Made by a program: the position numbers and the translations under genes. The notes below the pieces were generated by a model that worked only from the letters and a program-made list of their open reading frames with translations, was not told the DNA's origin and searched no databases. This document shows, in pieces, positions 9,848 to 19,819 of a stretch of 64,000 nt of DNA (positions are counted from its first letter, which is position 1; each line of letters opens with the position of its first letter). This DNA is from an uncultured Thermoleophilia bacterium. Its GTDB lineage: Bacteria > Actinomycetota > Thermoleophilia > Gaiellales > Gaiellaceae. The stretch spans positions 144,664 to 208,663 of the forward strand of contig CAWGPJ010000002.1 in assembly GCA_963824455.1 (NCBI GenBank). Direction: 5' to 3'.

Positions 9848-10293
9848 CCGTCGCCTACGTCGGCCTGGGGGCGAACCTCGGCGATCGCGAGCGGCGGATC
9901 CGCGACGCGGCGTCCCTGATCGGCGCCCGCCGGCTCTCGACGGTGATCGAGACCGAGCCGTGGGGGCTCCCCGACCAGCCGGGCTTCCTGAACGCGGCGG
10001 CCGAGGTGGAGACCGGCCTGCCGGCGCGCGCGTTCCTCGACCGTCTCCTGGCCGTCGAGCGGCGCCTGGGCCGTCTGCGCACCGGCCTGCGCTGGGGGCC
10101 GCGCACGATCGACCTCGACCTGCTGCTCTTCGGGAGCGAGGTCGTCGACGAGCCGGGGCTCACCGTGCCGCACCCGTACCTGCTCGAGCGCGCCTTCGCC
10201 CTCGAGCCGCTCTGCGAGCTCGCTCCCGCCCTCGAAATCCCCGGAAACGGCACGGTCTCGGAGGCGCTCGCAGAGTTACAATCCGGGTCGTGA
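9817..10293 (+). CDS. folK: 2-amino-4-hydroxy-6-hydroxymethyldihydropteridine diphosphokinase
   Basis: VAYVGLGANLGDR, PRTIDLDLLLFG, VPHPYLLERAFALEPL. A likely start is the GTG at 9844, which forms a GTGA overlap with the folB stop. Confidence 0.9.
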   Translation: MGGSDGEPPVTVAYVGLGANLGDRERRIRDAASLIGARRLSTVIETEPWGLPDQPGFLNAAAEVETGLPARAFLDRLLAVERRLGRLRTGLRWGPRTIDLDLLLFGSEVVDEPGLTVPHPYLLERAFALEPLCELAPALEIPGNGTVSEALAELQSGS

Positions 10294-10655
10294 GTCACCT
10301 CGACGAGCTCGACGAATTCGAAGCCGAGGCCGAGCTCCGGCTCAAGAAGGAGTACGGCGCGGTCTTCGGGCTGTTCCGCTACTGCGTCCTCACCCAGGAC
10401 GCCACATACCTCTGCAACAAGCTCGATCTCCAGTACGTGCCGCAGCCGAGCTACCCGTTCTTTCACGTGCGCATGGAGGACGTCTGGGTGTGGGACAAGA
10501 ACCGCCCGACCCGGATGATCCCGCGGGCCGAGGTCTACACCTCGAGCGACGTGACGATCGAGGAGCTGCGCGGCGAGGGCGACGAGCCGGTCCTCACCGC
10601 CGAGGCGCTCGCCAAGCGCATCGGTGAAGGCCGCAGCGAGATCGAAGACCTGTAA
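10290..10655 (+). CDS. DUF2469-like conserved actinobacterial protein
   Basis: ELRLKKEYGAVFGLFRYCV...FFHVRMEDVWVWDKNRPTR...DVTIEEL follows my recollection of the DUF2469 (Rv2901c-type) pattern. GTGA overlap with the folK stop. Confidence 0.7.
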   Translation: MSHLDELDEFEAEAELRLKKEYGAVFGLFRYCVLTQDATYLCNKLDLQYVPQPSYPFFHVRMEDVWVWDKNRPTRMIPRAEVYTSSDVTIEELRGEGDEPVLTAEALAKRIGEGRSEIEDL

Positions 10656-10709
10656 GCGCGCTTCTCATCCGCCTGGCCCCGGCCTTGCCCGACCCGTAGC
10701 GTTCGGCAG

Positions 10710-11621
10710 ATGGCCGGCGGGCTGACGAGACGGAGCGCGCTGCTCTTCGGGGCGATGTGCGTGATCTGGGGGATCCCGTACCTGCTGATCCGCGTCGCCG
10801 TGCGCGACCTGAGCCCGTCGATGCTCGTGCTCTCCCGCACGGCCCTCGCGGCGCTCTTGCTTCTGCCGCTCGCGGCCGCGCGCGGCGAGCTGCGCCCGAT
10901 CCTGCGCTGCTGGCCGGCACTGCTCGCGTTCGCCGCAATCGAGATCGCCGTCCCGTGGGTGCTGCTCGCGGCGGCGGAGCAGCGCGTCTCGAGCTCGCTG
11001 ACCGGGCTGCTGATCGCCGCGGTCCCGCTGGTCGGCGCCGTGATCGCCTGGAGGACCGGCGGGCGCGAACGGCTCGGCGGCGCGAGCGCCGTCGGCCTGC
11101 TGCTCGGGCTCGTCGGCGTCGCCGCGATCGTCGGCCTGGACGTGCACGGCGTCAGCCCGGTCGCCCTCCTGGAGATCGCGGCGGTCGCGGTCTGCTACGC
11201 CGTCGGCCCCGTCGTGCTCCAGCGCGGGCTCGCCCATCTGCCCGCGCTCGGGGTGATCGCCCTCGCACTCGCGGTCACGGCCCTCGCCTACGTCCCGGCC
11301 GCCGTGCTCGCCGCTCCCGGCCGCTGGCCGCGCACGAGCGTCGACCTGTCGGTGGTCGCGCTCGCGGTCGTCTGCACCGCGGTCGCGTTCGTGCTCTTCT
11401 TCGCGCTGATCGCCGAGATCGGCCCTGTGCGTGCGACCGTGATCACGTACGTGAACCCGGCCGTGGCTGCGGTGGTCGGCGTCGCCGTCCTGGGCGAGCG
11501 CTTCACGCTCGGCATGGGCGTCGGCTTCGCGCTCGTGCTCGCCGGCTCCGTGCTCGCGACACGGCCGCCGCGCCCGGCGCAGATCACCGAGCCCGAGGGG
11601 ATCGAAGCGGTCGCCTCCTGA
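10710..11621 (+). CDS. EamA/DMT-family transporter
   Basis: Ten predicted TM segments and LFGAMCVIWGIPYLLIRVAV, a typical EamA start. Confidence 0.85.
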   Translation: MAGGLTRRSALLFGAMCVIWGIPYLLIRVAVRDLSPSMLVLSRTALAALLLLPLAAARGELRPILRCWPALLAFAAIEIAVPWVLLAAAEQRVSSSLTGLLIAAVPLVGAVIAWRTGGRERLGGASAVGLLLGLVGVAAIVGLDVHGVSPVALLEIAAVAVCYAVGPVVLQRGLAHLPALGVIALALAVTALAYVPAAVLAAPGRWPRTSVDLSVVALAVVCTAVAFVLFFALIAEIGPVRATVITYVNPAVAAVVGVAVLGERFTLGMGVGFALVLAGSVLATRPPRPAQITEPEGIEAVAS

Positions 11622-11640
11622 CGGCGTACGATCCGTCGCC

Positions 11641-12396
11641 ATGCTGCTCGCGATCGACGTCGGGAACACCCAGACGGTGTTCGGGCTGTTCGACGGCGAG
11701 CGCCTGAGCGAGCAGTTCCGCGTCGCGACCGACCGCGCGCACACGGGCGACGAGCTCGCCGTGATGCTGCGGGCGTTCGTCGAGCTCGAGTCGCTCGAGG
11801 GCATCGTCCTGTCGGCCACCGTGCCGGCGCTGGTTCGCGAGTACGAGGCGTTCGCCGAGCGGTGGGCCGGGGTCGACCTGCTCGTCCTCGGGCCCGGCGT
11901 CTCGACCGGCGTGCCGATCCGCTACGACGACCCGCGCGAGGTCGGGCCGGACCGGATCGCGAACTCGGTCGCCGCCCGCGAGCGCTACGGCGCGCCCGTG
12001 ATCGTCGTCGACTTCGGCACGTCGACCAACTTCGACATCGTCTCGGCCGCCGGCGAGTACGTCGGCGGCGTGATCGCGCCGGGGGTCGAGATCTCGATGG
12101 AGGCGCTCTTCGCCCGTGCGGCCCGGCTCGTCCGCGTCCCGCTCGAGGCGCCCGAGCACGTGATCGGCAAGACGACGACGCAGGGCCTACAGTCGGGGAT
12201 GGTGTACGGCTTCGCCGGCCAGGTCGACGCGATCGTCGACCGCGTTCGCGGGGAGCTCGGCGCGCCCGGCGCGCCCGTCGTCGCGACCGGCGGCCTGGCC
12301 GACCTGATCGCCCCGCACTCGCGGACGATCACCGCGGTCGACCCGGAGCTCACGCTCCAGGGCCTCCGTCTCGTCTGGGCGCGCAACCGGCCGTAG
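11641..12396 (+). CDS. coaX: type III pantothenate kinase
   Basis: MLLAIDVGNTQTVFGLF, VVDFGTSTNFD and GGLADLI, the motifs of the ASKHA-fold CoaX. Confidence 0.93.
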   Translation: MLLAIDVGNTQTVFGLFDGERLSEQFRVATDRAHTGDELAVMLRAFVELESLEGIVLSATVPALVREYEAFAERWAGVDLLVLGPGVSTGVPIRYDDPREVGPDRIANSVAARERYGAPVIVVDFGTSTNFDIVSAAGEYVGGVIAPGVEISMEALFARAARLVRVPLEAPEHVIGKTTTQGLQSGMVYGFAGQVDAIVDRVRGELGAPGAPVVATGGLADLIAPHSRTITAVDPELTLQGLRLVWARNRP

Positions 12397-12412
12397 AACG
12401 GGTGCCTGGCCC

Positions 12413-13421
12413 CTAGATGGTTGATCGGTTAATCGGCGTAGGTGGCCAGTTGGCGGCTTGGCAGTCCGAGGCGTTGGTTGAGGTTGATCGCGGCGCAGAG
12501 GGCGAGGATGCGGGCGGTGACTCGGGTGAGCAGCCCGTCGGGGGTGCGGCCGCCGTGGTGTTCGAGCAGCAGTTGGTCTTTGAGACTGTGGACGATCGAT
12601 TCGATCCGTTGCCGGATCCAGCCGATCGGCGGGTTGGGTCGGTTGGGCTCGTCGGCCCGGTTCGGCCGCAAGAGCAGCGCTTGCAGCTCGCGGACGGCGG
12701 CTTCGAAGTCGGCGCCGGCGAAGCCCTTGTCGCAGACGATCGTTGTGCCTTGGATCGGGTTGGCCTCGAGCAGCGTGAGCGCGGCGTCGCGTTCGCCCGT
12801 GTTCGCTGCGACCAGGTCGAAGTCGACGATCGTGCCGTCGGGGGCACAGAGCAGCACGAGCTTGAAGCCCCAGTAGCGGCGCGAGTGGGCGGGGCAGTAG
12901 CCGAAGCCGGCCCAGGGGGCGAGTTGGCTGCGGCGGCTCGTCTCGATCGATTGGCCGCAGGGAAGCGGTGTGGTGTCGAGCAGCCGCAGGTCGTCGTCGG
13001 CGCCGAGCGTCTCGGCCGCGAGCGCCTTCCAAAGCAGCACCAGCTTCGGCGCCAGCTGCCGGCAGCGCTCGTTGTAGCGCGACTGCGATGGCAGGTAGGG
13101 AAACAGATGGCCAAGCCTACGACGCGCGCGGCGCAAGAAGAGCCGGTCGCTTGGAGACTGCAGCAGCATCTGGGCGACCATCAGCGCCAGCAGTTCGTTG
13201 TCGCTGATCAGTTCTGGCCTGCCGCGGCGGGGCGTCCGCTCGGCAGGAAACAATGCGCAGGCAGCGCAATACAGCGCGATCACGAGGGTGTCGAGGTCGG
13301 CGCGCACGTAGGCCTCCTGGTCGACGGAGCATTGACACCGCCGACCTTCGACACCCTCAATTCCGGTCCCTGCTATCCGGTCATCGCGGCCCCAGCCGTG
13401 AATTACCGATCAACCATCTAG
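12413..13421 (-). mobile_element. IS982-family-like insertion sequence (~1 kb), inserted in the loop of a palindromic terminator
   Basis: The terminal inverted repeats CTAGATGGTTGATCGGT (12413-12429) and ACCGATCAACCATCTAG (13405-13421) are 17/17 complementary. They enclose a single 292-aa DDE transposase gene, with CTAG at both ends. Confidence 0.85.
12429..13307 (-). CDS. IS982-family DDE transposase
   Basis: DLDTLVIALYCAACALF, ISDNELLALMVAQMLL, FPYLPSQSRYNERCRQL, LDTTPLPCG, YCPAHSRRYWGFKLVLL, CDKGFAG and ESIVHSLKDQL match my recollection of actinobacterial IS982-type transposases. Confidence 0.8.
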   Translation of the reverse strand: MRADLDTLVIALYCAACALFPAERTPRRGRPELISDNELLALMVAQMLLQSPSDRLFLRRARRRLGHLFPYLPSQSRYNERCRQLAPKLVLLWKALAAETLGADDDLRLLDTTPLPCGQSIETSRRSQLAPWAGFGYCPAHSRRYWGFKLVLLCAPDGTIVDFDLVAANTGERDAALTLLEANPIQGTTIVCDKGFAGADFEAAVRELQALLLRPNRADEPNRPNPPIGWIRQRIESIVHSLKDQLLLEHHGGRTPDGLLTRVTARILALCAAINLNQRLGLPSRQLATYAD

Positions 13422-13442
13422 GTGCCAGGCACCTGCTTACGC

Positions 13443-14504
13443 TCAACCTCCGCCGTAGACGGAGATCGGGAGCGAGTCGAGGAGGATCTCGTCGGCGGGG
13501 TCGGGGAGGTCGCGGAGCAGCCGCTCGAGCGCGAGCCGCGCGCCGGGCGCGGCCGCGAACAGGCGGCTCTCCACCTCCGCGAGCGACGGCAGCATCACCA
13601 GCTCCTGCTTGAACTGGCGCGGGAACCGCCCGTGGCCCAGGTACCAGCCGTAGAACTTCTTCAGGAAGCCGAACGCGCGCTGCTCGCCCAGCTCGCGAAC
13701 CGTCTCGCGCATGAACAGGACGAGCTCGGCGACGACGTCCTCGCGGGTCGGCTCCGCCCGGTCTCCCATGATCTCGCCCAGCACCCACGGATTCCCCTGC
13801 GCCGCCCGCCCGACCATCACCGCTGCCGCGCCGGTCGTGGCGAGCACGGCCTGCGCCCGTGCCCGCGAGGTGACGTCGCCCGAGGCGACCACCGGCACGT
13901 CGACGAGCGAGACGAGCTCCGCGGTCAGCGAGTGGTCGGCCGTTCCCGTGTACATCTGGCGGGCCGAGCGGGGGTGCAGCGTCAGCGAGGCTGCGCCGGC
14001 CGAGACCAGCCGTGCGCCGACCTCCAGGCACGTGCGCGACCCGTTCGCGACGCCGCGGCGCATCTTCACCGAGACCGGCAGGGAGACCGCGCCGGCGACC
14101 GCCTCGACGAGGCGGCAGGCGTGGTCGGGATCGTCGAGGAGCGAGGCGCCCGCCCCCGTCTTGGTCACCTTCTTCACGGGGCAGCCGAAGTTGACGTCGA
14201 CGAGATCGGCGCCCGCGGCCTCGACCATCCTCGCCGCCTCGGCCATGGCCGCCGGGTCGGAGCCGAAGATCTGGATCGCCAGCGGGTGCTCGTCCGCGCC
14301 GACCCGCAGGTATCCGAGCGTGCGCTCGTTGCGGTGCTGGATCCCGGCCACCGAGACCATCTCGGAGCAGACGAGACCCGCCCCGAACCGCCGTCCCTGC
14401 CGGCGAAACGCCTGCACGCTGACCCCTGCCATCGGCGCCAGCACGAGCCGCCCCGGGATCTCGACGGAGCCGATCCACCAGTGCTCCCGGAGGTCGATAT
14501 TCAC
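13443..14504 (-). CDS. dus: tRNA-dihydrouridine synthase
   Basis: LAPMAGVSVQAFR, DVNFGCPVKKVTKTGAGASLL, VKMRRG and LTLHPRSARQMYTG. The GTG start at 14504 is chosen inside the longer track ORF. Confidence 0.9.
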   Translation of the reverse strand: MNIDLREHWWIGSVEIPGRLVLAPMAGVSVQAFRRQGRRFGAGLVCSEMVSVAGIQHRNERTLGYLRVGADEHPLAIQIFGSDPAAMAEAARMVEAAGADLVDVNFGCPVKKVTKTGAGASLLDDPDHACRLVEAVAGAVSLPVSVKMRRGVANGSRTCLEVGARLVSAGAASLTLHPRSARQMYTGTADHSLTAELVSLVDVPVVASGDVTSRARAQAVLATTGAAAVMVGRAAQGNPWVLGEIMGDRAEPTREDVVAELVLFMRETVRELGEQRAFGFLKKFYGWYLGHGRFPRQFKQELVMLPSLAEVESRLFAAAPGARLALERLLRDLPDPADEILLDSLPISVYGGG

Positions 14505-14588
14505 GGTTCGTGAATGGTACCCGGGGCCATTTGCGCCCATCCCGGCCCCATCGCTACCATTCCCGCCCGTTTTCCGACGGGAGGCCAC

Positions 14589-15062
14589 TTGAAGGAAGTC
14601 ATCCTGACGCCCGAGGGCTACGAGAAGCTGAAGGGCGAGATCGACTATCTGCGGGGCGAGCGCAGGCGCGAGGTCGCCGAGCGGATCCGCGTCGCCCGCG
14701 AGTTCGGCGACATCGCCGAGAACGCGGAGTACGACGATGCGAAGAACGAACAGGCGATGCTCGAGCACAAGATCGCCCAGCTCGAGGAGCGCCTGCTCTC
14801 GGCGCGCGTGATCACGAAGAAGGAGATCTCGAAGGACGCAGTCTCGGTCGGCTCGAAGGTGCGCCTGCGCGACATGCAGGCGAACAAGACGTTCGAGTAC
14901 CACATCGTCGGCTCGACCGAGGCGAACCCCGCCGAGAACAAGCTCTCCAACGAGTCGCCGGTCGGGAAGGCGATCATCGGCCACAAGAAGGGCGATGTCG
15001 TCGAGGTCTCGGCGCCGCGCGGCGCGCTCAAGTTCAAGATCCTCGAGATCAAGGCCGCCTGA
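14589..15062 (+). CDS. greA: transcription elongation factor GreA
   Basis: LTPEGYEKLKGEIDYL...REFGDIAENAEYDDAKNEQ. The TTG at 14589 follows a GGGAGG Shine-Dalgarno 4 nt upstream and gives the normal ~157 aa. Confidence 0.9.
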   Translation: MKEVILTPEGYEKLKGEIDYLRGERRREVAERIRVAREFGDIAENAEYDDAKNEQAMLEHKIAQLEERLLSARVITKKEISKDAVSVGSKVRLRDMQANKTFEYHIVGSTEANPAENKLSNESPVGKAIIGHKKGDVVEVSAPRGALKFKILEIKAA

Positions 15063-15098
15063 GCCCCGCGGCCCGACCATCGTCTAGGGTCGCCGGTC

Positions 15099-15689
15099 GT
15101 GGAGATCGTGCGGCTCGGGCCGGAAGGCTTCGCCGAGGCGAGCGCGGTGCTCGCCCGCGCGTTCTTCGACGATCCGGCATGGGTGTGGCTGATTCCCGAG
15201 CCCGACAGGCGGCGGCGGCTGCTGCAGCCGCTCTTCCGGTCCGGCTTCGACGTCACCACCGCGGACGTCTGGGCGACGGCCGGGACGATCCGCGGCGCGG
15301 CGCGCTGGCTGCCGCCCGGCCGTCCGGCCGTCCGCGTCGCGGCGACGCTGCGCGCCCTGGTCTCGACGCCGCTCCGTCTCGGCCGCGTGACGGGGTCGTT
15401 CCTCGCCTACGGGCGGGCGGTCGAGGTGATGCGGGGCGAGGTGGCGGCCGGGCCGCACTGGTACCTCGCCGGCATCGGCGTCGACCCCGACGCCCAGCGC
15501 CAGGGCATCGGCGGTGCGCTGCTCGAGCCCGGGCTGGCCGGCGCCGCGCAGCAGCGGCTGCCGGCCGTCCTGCTGACGAACAACGAGGCGAACCTCTCCT
15601 TCTACCGCGGGCACGGCTTCGAGGTCGTGCGCGAGGGCGAGACGCCGCTGGGCGGGCCGCACGCCTGGGCTATGGTCAAGCGCCCATGA
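15099..15689 (+). CDS. GNAT-family N-acetyltransferase
   Basis: YLAGIGVDPDAQRQGIGGALL...NLSFYRGHGFEV (GNAT motifs A and B). Confidence 0.8.
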   Translation: MEIVRLGPEGFAEASAVLARAFFDDPAWVWLIPEPDRRRRLLQPLFRSGFDVTTADVWATAGTIRGAARWLPPGRPAVRVAATLRALVSTPLRLGRVTGSFLAYGRAVEVMRGEVAAGPHWYLAGIGVDPDAQRQGIGGALLEPGLAGAAQQRLPAVLLTNNEANLSFYRGHGFEVVREGETPLGGPHAWAMVKRP

Positions 15690-17068
15690 CGACGCAGTCG
15701 CCGAAGCGCTTTCCGGACCGCGACGAGGTGGCCGCCGTTCGCGCGGAGGCGGAGGGGCTCGCACCAGGAGACGAGGCGCCGGAGTCGCGTCGTCTCGCAG
15801 GCCGTGTGCTCGCCCGGCGCGACATGGGCAAGCTCGTCTTCCTCGATCTCGTCGACCGCTCGGGACGCATCCAGCTCATGTGCCCGGTCGCGCGCACCGG
15901 AGAGGTCGAGGTCCACCTCGGTGACGTCGTCGGCGCGGTGGGCCATCCGGCGAAGAGCCGCCGTGGCGAGGCGTCGCTGATCGTCGACGAGCTCGTCGTG
16001 CTCAGCGCGATCCGGGCGCCGCTGCCCGACACGTTCCACGGGCTGACGGACGTCGAGCAGCGCTACCGGCGCCGCTACCTCGACCTCTTGATGAACGAGG
16101 AGGTGAGGTCGGACTTCATCCTGCGCGCGCGTGTCGTGACGGCCGTTCGGCGCTTCCTCGACTCGGAGGGGTTCGTCGAGGTCGAGACGCCGGTGCTGCA
16201 GCCGCGCTACGGCGGCGGCTTCGCCGAGCCGTTCCTCACGCGCTCGAACACGCTCGACCAGGACCTCTACCTGCGGATCGCGACCGAGCTGTACCTGAAG
16301 CGGCTGATCGTCGGCGGGCTCGAGAAGGTCTACGAGCTCGGCAAGGACTTCCGCAACGAAGGCGTGAGCTACAAGCACAACCCGGAGTTCACGCAGCTCG
16401 AGTGGTACGAGGCCTTCGCCGACTACCGCGACACGATGAGCCGCATGGAGCGGCTCGTCGAGTTCGTCGCGCTCGAGACGCTCGGCACGACCAGGGTCAC
16501 GTTCAGGGGGCACGAAGTCGACCTGAAGGCGCCGTGGCGCCGGGTGAAGCTCGTCGAGGAGCTCGCCGAGGCGGGACTCTGGACGCGCGACTTCGACGAG
16601 CTGAAGGGGCGGCTCGCGGCCCGCGACGTCGAGGTCTCGAACGACCGTACCTGGGCACAGCTCGTCGACAAGGCGATCACGGCCTACGTCGAGCCGCGCC
16701 TGATCTCGCCGACGATCCTCTACGACTACCCGATCGAGCTCTCTCCGTTCGCCCGCGCGAGCGACGGCGATCCGGCGATCACGGAGCGGTTCGAGTTCTA
16801 CGTCGGCGGGATGGAGCTCGGGAACGCGTTCTCCGAGCTCAACGACGCCGAGGAGCAGGCCGAGCGGTTCGCCATGCAGGCCGAGGAGGGCGCGGGCGGG
16901 AACGTCGAGGCCGAGCAGGGCGATCCCGACTACGTCGAGGCGCTCTCGTACGGAATGCCACCAACCGGCGGGCTGGGTCTCGGGATCGACCGCCTCGTGA
17001 TGGTGCTGGCCGGCAAGGACTCGATCCGCGACGTGATCCTCTTTCCGGTCCAGCGCGAGCGCCACTAG
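15686..17068 (+). CDS. lysS: lysine--tRNA ligase (class II)
   Basis: OB-fold region GRVLARRDMGKLVFLDLVDRSGRIQL, then YELGKDFRNEG, and class II motif 3 GLGLGIDRLVM. The ATG at 15686 overlaps the GNAT stop (ATGA). Confidence 0.93.
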   Translation: MTTQSPKRFPDRDEVAAVRAEAEGLAPGDEAPESRRLAGRVLARRDMGKLVFLDLVDRSGRIQLMCPVARTGEVEVHLGDVVGAVGHPAKSRRGEASLIVDELVVLSAIRAPLPDTFHGLTDVEQRYRRRYLDLLMNEEVRSDFILRARVVTAVRRFLDSEGFVEVETPVLQPRYGGGFAEPFLTRSNTLDQDLYLRIATELYLKRLIVGGLEKVYELGKDFRNEGVSYKHNPEFTQLEWYEAFADYRDTMSRMERLVEFVALETLGTTRVTFRGHEVDLKAPWRRVKLVEELAEAGLWTRDFDELKGRLAARDVEVSNDRTWAQLVDKAITAYVEPRLISPTILYDYPIELSPFARASDGDPAITERFEFYVGGMELGNAFSELNDAEEQAERFAMQAEEGAGGNVEAEQGDPDYVEALSYGMPPTGGLGLGIDRLVMVLAGKDSIRDVILFPVQRERH

Positions 17069-17183
17069 CGCAAAATCCTGGCCTCGACCGCACACCCGGA
17101 GGGGCGAGTACGATGAGGCCCTCGGAAAGCCCAACGATCCGACGGCGCCGCCTGCGACACGGCGGCGAAAGAGAGGAATCTGA

Positions 17184-19691
<2,508 letters not shown>

Positions 19692-19700
19692 AAGCGACCG

Positions 19701-19734
19701 ACCGGTGCCGGGCACCCGGGGGCCCGGCACCGGT
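19701..19734. terminator. Bidirectional stem-loop between convergent clpC and the coiled-coil gene
   Basis: ACCGGTGCCGGGC (19701-19713) pairs perfectly with GCCCGGCACCGGT (19722-19734), giving a 13-bp stem and an 8-nt loop. Confidence 0.6.
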
Positions 19735-19819
19735 GTCCAGTAGACCCGTCCGCGAGTCATGCCCCGTTCCCGGCGACGATTCATCGGCCGGTAACCGACC
19801 GAACTTGGGGACGGGCGTA

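Noticed and set aside
9844-10293. Pervasive 4-nt GTGA/ATGA start-stop overlaps (folB/folK/DUF2469, the ABC pairs, the two-component systems, cysS/rlmB and others) as something unusual.
   Set aside because: This is the normal translational-coupling signature of actinobacterial operons. I used it as supporting evidence for start-codon choice, not as a finding.
14510-17068. An 852-aa ORF implying a large fusion protein ending in LysRS.
   Set aside because: Only the last 460 codons (from ATG 15686) look like LysS. The upstream part overlaps greA and the GNAT gene in other frames and is compositional noise.
17146-17167. A hairpin (CGCCGCC-TGCGACAC-GGCGGCG) in the clpC leader as a possible CtsR/ClgR-type operator or attenuator.
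   Set aside because: There is no GGTCAAA-type CtsR direct repeat, and I can see no convincing ClgR-like palindrome. A 7-bp GC stem is common by chance at this GC content.
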